Source: Bacteroidota bacterium (GTDB lineage Bacteria > Bacteroidota > Bacteroidia > Bacteroidales > BM520). From it: DNA of 64,000 nucleotides. Shown here piece after piece: positions 39,402 to 49,953 of the stretch. The stretch lies in assembly GCA_002748065.1 (NCBI GenBank), contig PDRJ01000025.1, positions 22,454 to 86,453 on the forward strand, given 5' to 3'. Positions within the stretch are counted from its first letter, which is position 1; each line of letters begins with the position of its first letter. The position numbers and the translations under genes were made by a program. A model generated the notes under the pieces. The model made no database searches, was not told the DNA's origin, and saw nothing but the letters and a program-made list of their open reading frames with translations.

Positions 39402-40079
39402 TTACTGTAGGATAAATTTGATGGGCATGTTAAAGCGAACCCTAACAGGACGGCCACGCTGTTTTCCTGGAACCCAATTGGGCATAGATTGCACAACCCG
39501 AACGGCCTCCTCATCACATCCACCTCCAATACCACGGAGGATAGACACGTTGGAGATTTTTCCATCGGGCTCCACCACGAAGGTGACGAACACCTGCCCC
39601 TGAATGTTGCTTTCACGAGCCATTTGAGGATACTTGGTGTTCTTAGCGAGGTAAGTGAGACGAGCCTTCTCCCCTCCGGGGAATTCGGGCTGCTGCTCCA
39701 CAATAAGGAAGATCTCCTCCTCTACAACCTCCTCTTCTTCCTCCTCCAGCGGAACATACTCTTCGATTTCCATCTCTTCGTCGGCCTCCACATCAATGAT
39801 GAGTTCATCTTCAATCTCCACGTCATCCTCTACGATATTCAATACCGTAGTCGTTGGTGGAGGTTTTGGAGGTGGCGGTTTCACCTCTTGTTTCGTATTA
39901 ATAATAATTTCTTCCATCTGTTCTACGGCTTCCCGTGCACCCATTTCGACAACGGCAACATCATATTTCCGCCACTCGAAAGCCAATAGCACAAGAGCCA
40001 GCGTCACAATGAGCCCAATTTCAATGAAAAGGATCCGCTTGTTTTCCAGATTTGCTTTGGGAGACTTCTTCGCTTCCAT
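39402..40079 (-). CDS. TonB-family energy transducer
   Basis: 225 aa: N-terminal anchor, Pro-rich and Glu-rich linker, and TonB C-terminal domain (PEFPGGEKARLTYLAKNTKYPQMARESNIQGQVFVTFVV). Confidence 0.85.
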   Translation of the reverse strand: MEAKKSPKANLENKRILFIEIGLIVTLALVLLAFEWRKYDVAVVEMGAREAVEQMEEIIINTKQEVKPPPPKPPPTTTVLNIVEDDVEIEDELIIDVEADEEMEIEEYVPLEEEEEEVVEEEIFLIVEQQPEFPGGEKARLTYLAKNTKYPQMARESNIQGQVFVTFVVEPDGKISNVSILRGIGGGCDEEAVRVVQSMPNWVPGKQRGRPVRVRFNMPIKFILQ

Positions 40080-40402
40080 AATTATTCCTTGTTAAGATTT
40101 TTTCAAAACCAACAGCGTCGATGCTAAATTACTATTTTTTTCGGAGAGAACAATGACTTTTGGAAAAAAATAGGAGAATCAATCTGTTCTTACGCTGCCA
40201 ATCCTCTCTCTGAGGGTTACGTTAACAACACAACAAGAAACATGCCAAAAGCATGGTTCAAGGTCACAAGCTTACACCTCATCGGCGGCTAGTCGATGAT
40301 ACGCTCCCTGTAAAGCCACGACCGATACCAACCGATCGTACATCACATACCGATGGTTTGAGGCCTTAATGGGGAGAGATTCGCAGAGATCCAGACGGTT
40401 TG

Positions 40403-40783
40403 TTAGTGTGCAATCAGGTTTTTGTAATCCTCAGGAGAGAGGAGCTCATCCAGTTCCGATGCATTCACCACCTTCATTTTTACAATCCATCCTTCACCGT
40501 AAGGATCTGAATTGATAATTTCAGCGTTGTCCTGTAGGGCCTCATTAAACTCAAGAATCTCTCCGGTAATGGGCATAAAGATATCAGAGACAGTTTTTAC
40601 CGCTTCTATGGTTCCAAGAGTCTCTCCTTTTTCAAGGTTTTCTCCCTCTGTGTCCACATCCACAAAAACCACATCACCCAGCTGGCTTTGTGCATGATCC
40701 GTTATGCCGAGATAGGCTTCTTCTCCTTCAACTCTCACCCATTCGTGCGACTTGGTGAATTTTAAATTATCAGGTACGTTCAT
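40403..40783 (-). CDS. gcvH: Glycine cleavage system protein H
   Basis: 126 aa with the lipoyl-lysine motif TIEAVKTVSD. Confidence 0.95.
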   Translation of the reverse strand: MNVPDNLKFTKSHEWVRVEGEEAYLGITDHAQSQLGDVVFVDVDTEGENLEKGETLGTIEAVKTVSDIFMPITGEILEFNEALQDNAEIINSDPYGEGWIVKMKVVNASELDELLSPEDYKNLIAH

Positions 40784-40812
40784 AGTTATTAAGATTGTGT
40801 GTTATTTGAGGT

Positions 40813-40820
40813 CAAATGTA
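40813..40820 (-). promoter_or_regulatory. Candidate -7 promoter box (TACATTTG) for gcvH
   Basis: TAnnTTTG match on the minus strand, 29 nt upstream of the ATG at 40783. Confidence 0.35.
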
Positions 40821-40857
40821 CGTCTTTTTTTTATTAATTCGACTATTTGTTGTTATC

Positions 40858-43800
40858 CTATTGTGCTAATGTGAATCGTATACTAATCCCTGAGTTAATG
40901 GTTGAATTGGGATATTGTCCTCCCACATACGGTTTCGTCAGCATCTGTTGATCATAGAAGAGACGCAGCGTAAGATTTCTATTCATTTGATAGTCTGCCG
41001 AAGTGTTGATACTGAAGATTCGTTGTCCGGCGGAGGCTTGGTTGACCTCTTCGTCCAGTCGTCGTAGCATGGTCTTGTTATCACGCATGGAGAAATCAAT
41101 CTTCACGTTAAGGTCACTCTTTACACGGCTTTTCTTTCCGCTGCCACCAATGGTTCGAATGGTAAACTGGACATCCTGAAAGCGGTATCCTAAGCCAATG
41201 GTGTATTCACTGCTCTTCATCTCTGTAAGCTGGTTGTTGACAAAACTCAGGGAGAGATTGCGGGATTTCTTGATCTCAAAACGTGCTAATAAGCTGTTTA
41301 CCATTGTGATGTCAAAGTTAATCAGTGGAGCAAACTGCTCTGAGATGGTCACCACATTCATGAGGTTTTCCGAGATATAGTTTCCGGCATCATCAATGGC
41401 TGACGGGTAGCCGAAGAGCTCCTCATACAACAGGTTGGTTTGGTACGAACCGATGTTAAAGGTGGATTTATAGCTATGTGTGATGTTGATGTTTCTAAAA
41501 TATTTCTTGATCCATGGGATTTGTGTGAGCCCATTCCAGGTGAGCCTCCAGTTAGGCATGGGAATAACGGGGAATGAGTTTAATCCTACACTGCCGGGAT
41601 CTTTTCCTGTGTAGGCACTGATAAATGCAGGGATGAGTACATCTTGCTGTGTGGGGCCGTAACCCAGGGGGAAACTTCTTCCTGAGATGGAGTCAGTCTG
41701 CATCGGTTTACCGGCATCCACCCAGTTTCTATTATTCTCTGCAATCCTCATGGCAATCTGCTGACGGCTTTTCTTCATCTGTTCGAAGTTGAGGGATTTC
41801 TTATGGTCTAACTCATCTTTTCCAAATGCTGTTCCCCAGGAGATGATGGAGACGGAGTAAGAGCCGGAGTGCCCTGCGGCATAGGATTGGAACTGGCCGG
41901 TGGGGTCAGCCTTAAAGATCTCTCGATGGTTCTCCATGGTTCTCTTGGTTCCCGTGATTTCAAACCTGAAGTTCTTAAAGGGTTCGTAGTTCAGGCGGTA
42001 ATTTATGTTCTCTGAGAAGTTATTGAAGAACTGCGCGTTGTTAAGGGTATCCCGGGAAAGCCAGTCATTTTCCACAGAACGTTGACGAATATCTTGCGTC
42101 AGGGCAAAGACATAATCAAAACCCGGTGCCTGGGATCTTCTGTTTACCCCGAGAATGTCCGGCTCCGGCATAAATCCGGGCATGAGGTTCCCGCTATTTC
42201 GGGTATAGGAGAGGGAGACACTTTTTAAGCCAAAAATGATCCTCAGAAGCCCGTCAAAGCCCTCTTTCACAAAGTTGATTTTCGGCCTCTCCCTCCTTAA
42301 GGAGTCTTGGGTTTGTCCCGGATCATCGGGATTGATGCGCTCCGCTCTTTTCCGTTGTCGGCTTTTATTCTTGCCTCGCTTGCTCTTTCCCAAATCCTTG
42401 ACATAGGGAATGTTTTTGAAGAGAGTACCCACCTGGAGGTTCGCATTAGCTGTCACATTCCGGGAGTTCTCCACCGTGTTGCCCAGGGTGGATTGGATAG
42501 ATTGGGGAGAAGCTTGCCAACGATAGGTCGCATCATATCGAAGCGTAAGACCTACCCATCGCATCAAAGGAAGTTTATTGATGGGCACATTCCACGTTGC
42601 CTTGACATTTTGGTTGTAACTATTCATGGAACCAAAGCTTTGGAGTTGCCTGAGGATACTGTCTCTTTGGGGGCGTCCAGGTGGTTCATTAATGTAAGAG
42701 AGGGCACTGGCCGAGAAATCAAGCTTGATGGATTGTGCCAAATCGTACTTCAAATTGTAAAGGCGTTGCCAGTCAAACTTCTTCATGTAGGTCGGATCAA
42801 TAAGGATGCTTCCCCGACTCTTATTTCTCAGCTTCTTCTCGATGAATTGCCGATCAAGATCTGTTCGGAAGGAGAACATCTTGGGCAGCAGGTAGAAGTT
42901 AAAGTCGCCAATAAGGGCAAAGGCTCTTTTTTTGAGAAACTTAACCTTTCCAAAGGGCTTAATTTGTTTGGGTTGTGTGCTAAAGTTATAGCCCAGGCCG
43001 CCCCGATACTGCTTCCGAACATCGTATTCAATATCAATATTTCGGTGGAATATTTCGGAGTAGGAGTAGGAGACGTCAAAGTTAGAGATATCCCAAGGCA
43101 TAGGGGGGCGGGAAGATCCATCTTCTCGTACTTTGCTGGTTCGATCTTTTCGTACATTCACCAGGTTGATATTCTTCCTTAAGGTGTAGTCCTGGGTTTT
43201 TTCTCGCAGGGAATCCCGTCCCTTGGCATCTAACATGGCCAGGTCATCCTTTAGGAAGATATCCGGATCCAAGGGGTTATACTCTGGCGAGAGCCGTGAC
43301 TCTGAGATATCGAAGTGCAGGGGAATCTTGAGCCCCGATTTTTCGCCAAAAAATTTGCCCACTTCAAGGTTCGTGGCGATATCCCAGTTCGTGGTGGTCT
43401 CTTTAGCGCGTTCGTTGACCTTTTTTTCGATGGAACCAAACCCCGGTGTACTATATAATCCGGAAATGGAGAGGTTCCCAATATCTGCGAGGTTGGTGTT
43501 TAAACGGGCTGTAGCTGCCCAGCCTCCCGACTCGTCAAAATCGGTCATGCGGAGCTCGTTGATCCAAATATCGGCACTCATGGGGAGGCCATCGTCAGGA
43601 TCGGAGAGAAGCTGTTTCTTGGGGTTTCGAACCCCCACCATGATCACCCGGATATCACTGAGGCTGGGGGTCCCAATGACCGTGATTTTATTCTTCCCAT
43701 CATTCTCCCAGTAGGGGGTGTGGTATGAGACGTTGGAGCCGGGATCCGCGATGAGTGCATTTCGGTTCTGTTTTACGTTTACCAACTCTTCCATATGGAT

Positions 43801-46800
43801 GATCATCTCATTCACGCTTGGCCAGATGGCCTCTTCATCAACAGAAGAGGTTCCCCAAGGGGTGAAGGTGATGGGCACTTCGTACTCATAGTAGTTCTCT
43901 GTAAAGTCGGTTCCCAAACGGAGGAAGACTGTCAGGGGGCCGGTTTCTCCCGCATATCGGATGTTATCCTCCTGGTTGAGAGCTTCGGCATGGATGAACA
44001 TTTTTAGGGTTTTGAACTGCCTGAAATCAAAATCCGTATTTTTATAAGCAGCCCTGGCATCTCCATCAATGAGGTTGTAGATGGTCATGGACATGGATTG
44101 CTCATTCTCCTGCTGGAGATTGGTGGTGTTGGTATTTACTTCCCTCTCAATGCCCGGGGGGAGTACGTAAGGAACACGGTCGGTTGCTCCTCCATTCTCC
44201 TCAAAACTTACTGTACTGAGGTCAAGTCGGGTGTCGTTGGTGAGATCGTTGGGAATGTACTCTCCCGGAGAGAGAAGATCGTAGTTGTATCTTCTCCACT
44301 CTCCACGAACCAACTCCAGGGTACCAAAGCGGAGCACACTCATTTCCGAGAAGTCGGTCATGTAGAGCCTGATAAAACGGATGGAGGTGAAATCGCGAAT
44401 GGAACCAATAACACGACTGGGGTTGTTCACAGGAACCTTGAATTGGTACCACTTTACGTTGCCCCGGGTTCCGTTATCCAGTGCTACGCCCTTGGCTTCG
44501 TAGATATCGGAGATGAAGTTTTTACCAATCTCCATCTGGTCAGGGCGTAGGTTAATCTCATATTCGTAATAGTTGTTGGATTCATTGAGGGTGTTGTCCA
44601 TGTTGATATCCTCCATATTGGGGATGGTGGTTGCCAACGTGGGGTAGGTCTCCTCTACCGATTCGGGAGGCACAGAGTTGCCATCTGTTCCGTTAAATCG
44701 CTTGTAACGCTCAAGAATGGAGCTGTATTTTTCATCGGCATCGTAGTCATTTCCCCGGAAGTAGTGGTAATCATCCCCTGAGGGATCTTCGTAGGCATTT
44801 TGTACGGCAGGGACGCCCACGGTGCCAAAGCGTTCAATAAGTTTTTTGATATAGGTCTCTTCAAAAAAGGAGAGCTCATCTTCATTTCTTAAGCCGTCAT
44901 AACCCACATCCTGGAAGGGTCTGGCTGCTTCATCGCCAAATGAGTTTACCAGGTTCTGAAGGGTGGGAACCCGTCCCCAAATGGTGGTATCCACCTCATT
45001 AATCTCTGTCGCATTAATGGGAAGCCCACTCTCAAACGATTTTCTGGAGTCTCGGAGAATATCTTCCGAGATATCCCCCAGGTTGATCATCAACTTTCCG
45101 CCTGTGGTGTTGATCGGTTCCAGCGGACCATCCTCTCCATCGGGGTCGGCAAAGGGGTCCATGAGCCAGAACTCAACATATTCCACATTGGTGGCTTCGA
45201 AGTCGGTGGTCTCTATCTTTCGCATGATTCCTCCCCAGTTTTCCAGGGGATTTGCCAGTGAACCATCTGCATTCATCCCCTCAACGGTATAGTTGTAAGG
45301 CCCGCGCTCATAGGGGTAGTAAGCCAGGTTAAACACGGCAAGATTCATTTGCTGATTGTTAGGAGCCTGTGCATTGGGAAAGATCTCCTTCTCCCTAACC
45401 ATCCGTACAAAGTGGTTGGAGAGCTCCTCTGTGCCGATGTTAGGTGGCTTGAGGTTTCCTGTTTTTTGGTAGAATAGCGGATCCACGATATACCATGCCA
45501 ATTTTGCCCTCTTATAGCCATATTCTCTTGTTCCGGAAAGGTACTCTGCCCTGTTTGCCGGGGTACTGGCGAGGAACCACGATCCAATACTCTTTAGGTC
45601 AATAGCCGATTTACTCCCTTCAAAATCGTCAATGTAGGAGGTTCCATTTTTTCCGATGGAGCGACTATGTCCCGGGATAAAATGGGCAAACTCGGCATCC
45701 ACACTTACAATGGAGGGGGTTTTGGTGTTGTAAAATGGCAACAGATCCACAAGGCGGGTAATAAAAGGAGCCTCCTTTTGATACTGGAAGTCCATTCCCC
45801 AGATTGTATTGGAGATGGGTTCATCGCCATAATTGGTCTTCTGGGTGATCGGACGCTCATGAAGATTGAGCAGGGTGGCTCCCACGTTGGCGTTATCATT
45901 CACCTTGTAATCCACGTGAATCCCTGTGAGCGATTGGGACTGGATGGCGTATTGATTGTTGTTTTCCAGTGAGATATTAATGGGGGTTCCTGAGTTGAGG
46001 ATCCCCTCGTCAATGATGGTTACCCTTCCCAACGTGTAGTCTACGGTATATTGTTCATTCTCCCTGAGTGGCGTTCCTCCTGCCGTAACTTTTACCGATC
46101 CTTGCGGTATGTTAAAGGCATTGAGGTTAATCTCCGACCCGCTGGAAGATTTGTACATTCCCTCAATATAGAACTTGTTTTTGTCGGGATATTGCCGAGC
46201 CCCCGTTTTGGTGAGGGTGTAGAGTGAGTCATAACAATACTTGTTGGCTAAATTCGCCGGAAGCTGTTTCCTTAAGTGCGAGCCAAAAGGCTCCAGGACG
46301 GGAAAGAAGATTCGTCCATTGGAGGAGTTGACCGTACCTCCATTGGTGGCTGCATTGTCGATGAAGTCGAAGATTCCGTCATGGGGTGGGTTTAGCTGTG
46401 GATCCAGGTTGTCAAGATTCATAAGCCGGATGAGGGGAATCCCTTTGACGCCCTCCTGTCCTTCCGTGAGGTAGCCGGTGGGGACACCATTGTTGTTCCC
46501 CGCATACAGGATGTTGAGAATAAAGTCTTCCCGGTTAATCTGATAGGCTCCAATGGCATAGACGTTTTTCATCATCAGATCCCACATGGGAATCTTGGTG
46601 TTGATGGTGGTGCTTCGCAGCAATTTTACCATTAGGGTATTGGGGCTGATAATTCCCTGGTCAGAGAACTCTCCCACCTGATAGATCTCATTGTTTACGG
46701 TGTATTGGTAGGCTACGGCCAACACCTGATCTGAGTTTAGAGAGGTGTTGAGCGAGATGAAACCCAGCTTGGAGTTGAAGGTGTATTCGGAAGGGGAGAG

Positions 46801-48114
46801 CTTTCGTGCATTTTCTACCTTCTCAAAATCAATTCCCTGAGTAAAACCAAGGGGATTGTTCAGTAGGTAGTTGTAGGCTGTGTTGATGTTGCGTATCTGG
46901 GTGGAGTCCAAGTCGAAAAGTAACGAGTTGGATTGATTATCGGGGAAACGGTTATTGCCATTGGGGTAGAGATTGCTGTTATGTGGATTGTACTCTCCCA
47001 TATCGGCAAAGGCAATAATATTTCGGTTTTCGGTATTTGCCGCCCCGATATTGGTGATCCAAACCTCTATTTTGGTTACGTTTACGTTGGAGGTGATGAT
47101 GGGGAGCGTAGAGAGTGCTCTTTCGTAGTTATCCCGGAAGTACTGTGAAAGGAAGAAGTGTTTATTATCTTCATAGTCATCAGCTTTTAGGCTGTACTCC
47201 GTAGTTTGGGCTCCTCCCTGGACACTGATACTTTGGGTTTGGCTCTCCTGTTTGGAGAAGACGGTAGTTACCGTGGTGCGACCAAAGCGCAACCGGGTCT
47301 TTATGCCGAAGAGACTTTGACTCCCTGTGATGAGGGTACTGTTGAGGGGCAAGGTTACATGACCGGCTTCGATGAGTTCAATAATCTCATCTTCTTTTCC
47401 TTCATAGGCTAGTTTGAGCTTGTTGTCAAAGGTGAAGGTTCCTTCTGTATTGTAGTTGGTATTAAATTGAATTTTATCACCAATTTTAGCCATTACCGAC
47501 ATCTGGATCTTCATTTGAAAGTCGAAGTTGGTAGTACGACGTTGCCGTACATCCAGTGCCGGATCTTCACGGTTGTTGGAGAGTACGCCAAAGATAAGCT
47601 CAGCGGAACCTTGTGGGCGCACTTCGATGGTGTTACTTCCAAAGATGCGGTCAAAGGTCTCGCCCCCAATTCTAAACTCTGGAATGAGGCCGCTTCGTAT
47701 GTCTTGTCCACTTTGAGCAGTACGCTCTTTCCAGTAGTTGTTAACCGCTTCTTTTTCGTGGTACTTTAGGTAGTCGTTAAAATCCAATGTGACCGGATTT
47801 CGATATTCCAGATTCCCTATCTTCCGGTGGATTCGGTATTGGTTTGTTTCCGGATCGTACACAACCTCCGTTTTGAGGTTTGAGGGATCCTTAAAGTAGA
47901 GTCCACTCTCTTTGTTCGGCATTGTTGGATATCCCCACTCGTCGGTGAAGGGATATGTAAGCGTAGAATCCGGAAGGTACGTGGTGTCCCTGGAAGCCTG
48001 GGGGAGAGAGGAGACGCTTGTAGGTGTTGCACTTATCTCTTTGGTAAAGCCTGTACCTAATAGGATCGATACCAGTATGCCAAACAGTAAAAAATATTTT
48101 CTTTGACCCTTCAA
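40858..48114 (-). CDS. sprA: T9SS translocon / gliding-motility outer-membrane protein SprA (Sov)
   Basis: 2418 aa with a signal peptide. The size and beta-rich sequence are characteristic of SprA/Sov, and the gene lies directly downstream of ruvA. Identification is by recollection of the family, not by a search. Confidence 0.85.
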   Translation of the reverse strand: MKGQRKYFLLFGILVSILLGTGFTKEISATPTSVSSLPQASRDTTYLPDSTLTYPFTDEWGYPTMPNKESGLYFKDPSNLKTEVVYDPETNQYRIHRKIGNLEYRNPVTLDFNDYLKYHEKEAVNNYWKERTAQSGQDIRSGLIPEFRIGGETFDRIFGSNTIEVRPQGSAELIFGVLSNNREDPALDVRQRRTTNFDFQMKIQMSVMAKIGDKIQFNTNYNTEGTFTFDNKLKLAYEGKEDEIIELIEAGHVTLPLNSTLITGSQSLFGIKTRLRFGRTTVTTVFSKQESQTQSISVQGGAQTTEYSLKADDYEDNKHFFLSQYFRDNYERALSTLPIITSNVNVTKIEVWITNIGAANTENRNIIAFADMGEYNPHNSNLYPNGNNRFPDNQSNSLLFDLDSTQIRNINTAYNYLLNNPLGFTQGIDFEKVENARKLSPSEYTFNSKLGFISLNTSLNSDQVLAVAYQYTVNNEIYQVGEFSDQGIISPNTLMVKLLRSTTINTKIPMWDLMMKNVYAIGAYQINREDFILNILYAGNNNGVPTGYLTEGQEGVKGIPLIRLMNLDNLDPQLNPPHDGIFDFIDNAATNGGTVNSSNGRIFFPVLEPFGSHLRKQLPANLANKYCYDSLYTLTKTGARQYPDKNKFYIEGMYKSSSGSEINLNAFNIPQGSVKVTAGGTPLRENEQYTVDYTLGRVTIIDEGILNSGTPINISLENNNQYAIQSQSLTGIHVDYKVNDNANVGATLLNLHERPITQKTNYGDEPISNTIWGMDFQYQKEAPFITRLVDLLPFYNTKTPSIVSVDAEFAHFIPGHSRSIGKNGTSYIDDFEGSKSAIDLKSIGSWFLASTPANRAEYLSGTREYGYKRAKLAWYIVDPLFYQKTGNLKPPNIGTEELSNHFVRMVREKEIFPNAQAPNNQQMNLAVFNLAYYPYERGPYNYTVEGMNADGSLANPLENWGGIMRKIETTDFEATNVEYVEFWLMDPFADPDGEDGPLEPINTTGGKLMINLGDISEDILRDSRKSFESGLPINATEINEVDTTIWGRVPTLQNLVNSFGDEAARPFQDVGYDGLRNEDELSFFEETYIKKLIERFGTVGVPAVQNAYEDPSGDDYHYFRGNDYDADEKYSSILERYKRFNGTDGNSVPPESVEETYPTLATTIPNMEDINMDNTLNESNNYYEYEINLRPDQMEIGKNFISDIYEAKGVALDNGTRGNVKWYQFKVPVNNPSRVIGSIRDFTSIRFIRLYMTDFSEMSVLRFGTLELVRGEWRRYNYDLLSPGEYIPNDLTNDTRLDLSTVSFEENGGATDRVPYVLPPGIEREVNTNTTNLQQENEQSMSMTIYNLIDGDARAAYKNTDFDFRQFKTLKMFIHAEALNQEDNIRYAGETGPLTVFLRLGTDFTENYYEYEVPITFTPWGTSSVDEEAIWPSVNEMIIHMEELVNVKQNRNALIADPGSNVSYHTPYWENDGKNKITVIGTPSLSDIRVIMVGVRNPKKQLLSDPDDGLPMSADIWINELRMTDFDESGGWAATARLNTNLADIGNLSISGLYSTPGFGSIEKKVNERAKETTTNWDIATNLEVGKFFGEKSGLKIPLHFDISESRLSPEYNPLDPDIFLKDDLAMLDAKGRDSLREKTQDYTLRKNINLVNVRKDRTSKVREDGSSRPPMPWDISNFDVSYSYSEIFHRNIDIEYDVRKQYRGGLGYNFSTQPKQIKPFGKVKFLKKRAFALIGDFNFYLLPKMFSFRTDLDRQFIEKKLRNKSRGSILIDPTYMKKFDWQRLYNLKYDLAQSIKLDFSASALSYINEPPGRPQRDSILRQLQSFGSMNSYNQNVKATWNVPINKLPLMRWVGLTLRYDATYRWQASPQSIQSTLGNTVENSRNVTANANLQVGTLFKNIPYVKDLGKSKRGKNKSRQRKRAERINPDDPGQTQDSLRRERPKINFVKEGFDGLLRIIFGLKSVSLSYTRNSGNLMPGFMPEPDILGVNRRSQAPGFDYVFALTQDIRQRSVENDWLSRDTLNNAQFFNNFSENINYRLNYEPFKNFRFEITGTKRTMENHREIFKADPTGQFQSYAAGHSGSYSVSIISWGTAFGKDELDHKKSLNFEQMKKSRQQIAMRIAENNRNWVDAGKPMQTDSISGRSFPLGYGPTQQDVLIPAFISAYTGKDPGSVGLNSFPVIPMPNWRLTWNGLTQIPWIKKYFRNINITHSYKSTFNIGSYQTNLLYEELFGYPSAIDDAGNYISENLMNVVTISEQFAPLINFDITMVNSLLARFEIKKSRNLSLSFVNNQLTEMKSSEYTIGLGYRFQDVQFTIRTIGGSGKKSRVKSDLNVKIDFSMRDNKTMLRRLDEEVNQASAGQRIFSINTSADYQMNRNLTLRLFYDQQMLTKPYVGGQYPNSTINSGISIRFTLAQ

Positions 48115-48199
48115 AATTATCCTTCAATATTATGATTATTCAATGACTTGATCTCGTCCATTTGCCACTCCTTACCCCTCAAAAAACAAATTTTGCGAG

Positions 48200-48207
48200 C
48201 AAAGATA
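48200..48207 (-). promoter_or_regulatory. Candidate -7 promoter box (TATCTTTG) for sprA
   Basis: TAnnTTTG match on the minus strand, 85 nt upstream of the sprA ATG. Confidence 0.3.
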
Positions 48208-48251
48208 ACGCAATTCTTAACATATCGTCACCATAAGTTTTTTATCTTTTG

Positions 48252-48836
48252 TTACAGTATCTTAAGTGCCTCTTTAACGATCCTTTCAACCGTTGCATCG
48301 TTGCCCATTGTTTTCAATACCCGTTGGACAGCTTTTTCTGCTACTGTTTTACTGAAGCCTAGTGCTGCCAATGCTGATAACGATTCAATTTGGTTCGTAT
48401 TGTGTGTGAGGGCAATATTTCCGTGGTTGAGGGTTAATTTGGAAACTTTATCCTTTAGTTCAACGATCATGCGTTGAGCCGATTTGGCTCCAATCCCTTT
48501 AATTTTTTTCAGGGCGTTCACATCTTCTGTGGAGATGGCCATCACAAACTCCTGAGGCGACATGCTGCTGAGTATCAGACGTGCCGTATTGGCACCGATG
48601 CCACTCACCGAAATAAGCGCACGGAAGATCAAACGCTCTTCCTCCGAATCAAATCCGTAGAGCATCTCCGCATCTTCTCTGACGATGTGATGGATGAAGA
48701 GCTTGCCGTGGGCAAGGCCCTTCAATACGCTGTAGGTGTTTAAGGAGATGTTGACAAAATAACCGATGCCACCGGTGGCGATCACCGCATGGTCAGGGTT
48801 GATGACTTCCAGTTTTCCTTCGATATATTCGTACAT
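48252..48836 (-). CDS. ruvA: Holliday junction branch migration protein RuvA
   Basis: 194 aa with MYEYIEGKL... and HhH motifs GIGANTA and GIGAKSA. Confidence 0.95.
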   Translation of the reverse strand: MYEYIEGKLEVINPDHAVIATGGIGYFVNISLNTYSVLKGLAHGKLFIHHIVREDAEMLYGFDSEEERLIFRALISVSGIGANTARLILSSMSPQEFVMAISTEDVNALKKIKGIGAKSAQRMIVELKDKVSKLTLNHGNIALTHNTNQIESLSALAALGFSKTVAEKAVQRVLKTMGNDATVERIVKEALKIL

Positions 48837-48853
48837 GGTGGGGGTAAGTTAGG

Positions 48854-49949
48854 TTAGATTAATTCGCCGCCAAATTCCATAAGGTAGCTTTTTAGGAAGT
48901 CGTCGATGTCACCATCGATGACTGCTTGTACATTGCTTGTTTCGTGAGAGGTTCTGAGATCTTTTACCATTTTGTAGGGGTGCATGACGTAGGAGCGTAT
49001 TTGTGATCCCCACTCAATTTTTTTCTTTTTCCCCTCTATCTCTGCTTGCGCCTCCTGCTTCTTTCGCAGTTCGATTTCATACAATTGCGACCGAAGCATG
49101 CGAAGAGCCTTTTCCCTGTTCTGCTGTTGAGAGCGGGTCTCTTGACACTCCACCACAATGTTTGTGGGTTCATGGTGTAGGCGGACGGCGGTCTCTACCT
49201 TGTTTACATTTTGTCCCCCCGGTCCACTGGAGCGGAACGTATTCCACGTGATGTCTGCCGGGTTGACCTCAATTTCGATATCGTCGTCGGCCATGGGATA
49301 GACGTATACAGAGGCGAAGGAGGTGTGTCGGCGCGCAGCACTGTCGAAGGGGGAGAGCCGTACCAGTCGGTGCACCCCATTTTCCCCTTTAAGGTAGCCG
49401 AAAGCATAGGATCCATCAAACTCAATGGAGGCACTCTTGATGCCGGCCACCTCCCCTTCCTGTTCATCCAGCACCTTGACCTGAATGTGGTTGCGTTCTC
49501 CCCAACGAATATACATCCGCATGAGCATCATCGCCCAATCCTGGCTCTCGGTACCTCCCGCCCCGGAGTTGATGGTTAAAATGGCCGGGAGTTTGTCCTC
49601 ATCACGGTTGAGCATATTGCGGAACTCCAAGGCCTCTACCTGTTTAAGTACGGTATAAAATTGTTTGTCAAGCTCTTCCTCCGTAGCCTCTCCCTCCTGG
49701 TAAAACTCCTGTAATACCTGATAGTCTTCCCATGCACTTTCCGCCTTTTGGTGGTCGTCGATCCACTTTTTGAGTGTGGTGATCCCCTTTAGAATGGATT
49801 GAGCCTTTTTCTGATCCTCCCAAAATCCGGGATCCTGTGTCTTTAACTCCTCCTCTTTTAATGCTGATTTCTTTCCATCAATGTCAAAGATACCTCCTCA
49901 AGGCTTCAAGCCTCTCACGCAGATCCTTATGTTGTTCGTAACTGATCAT
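48854..49949 (-). CDS. prfB: Peptide chain release factor 2, programmed +1 frameshift
   Basis: Frame 0 reads ATG(49949) [21 protein letters not shown] then TGA. After a +1 shift at CTT TGA C it continues [13 protein letters not shown]... into the track ORF 48854..49630, which carries SPF and GGQ ([10 protein letters not shown]). Effective CDS is complement(join(48854..49885,49887..49949)). Confidence 0.95.
49883..49897 (-). promoter_or_regulatory. prfB +1 frameshift site with SD-like stimulator
   Basis: The minus strand reads GGAGG TAT CTT TGA C, the canonical RF2 autoregulatory recoding cassette. Confidence 0.9.
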
Positions 49950-49953
49950 CCTT

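Noticed and set aside
40784-40857. Glycine riboswitch upstream of gcvH
   Set aside because: The spacer is only 74 nt, AT-rich, and too short and unstructured for a glycine riboswitch aptamer.
42307-43182. 291-aa ORF antisense to sprA. Similar long antisense ORFs occur at 9973-10665, 18715-19329, 29272-29928, 37590-38318, 52134-52955, 60246-60872 and 63092-63724
   Set aside because: Each one is embedded in a well-supported gene on the opposite strand and has no family resemblance. These are expected shadow frames in coding DNA of this composition.
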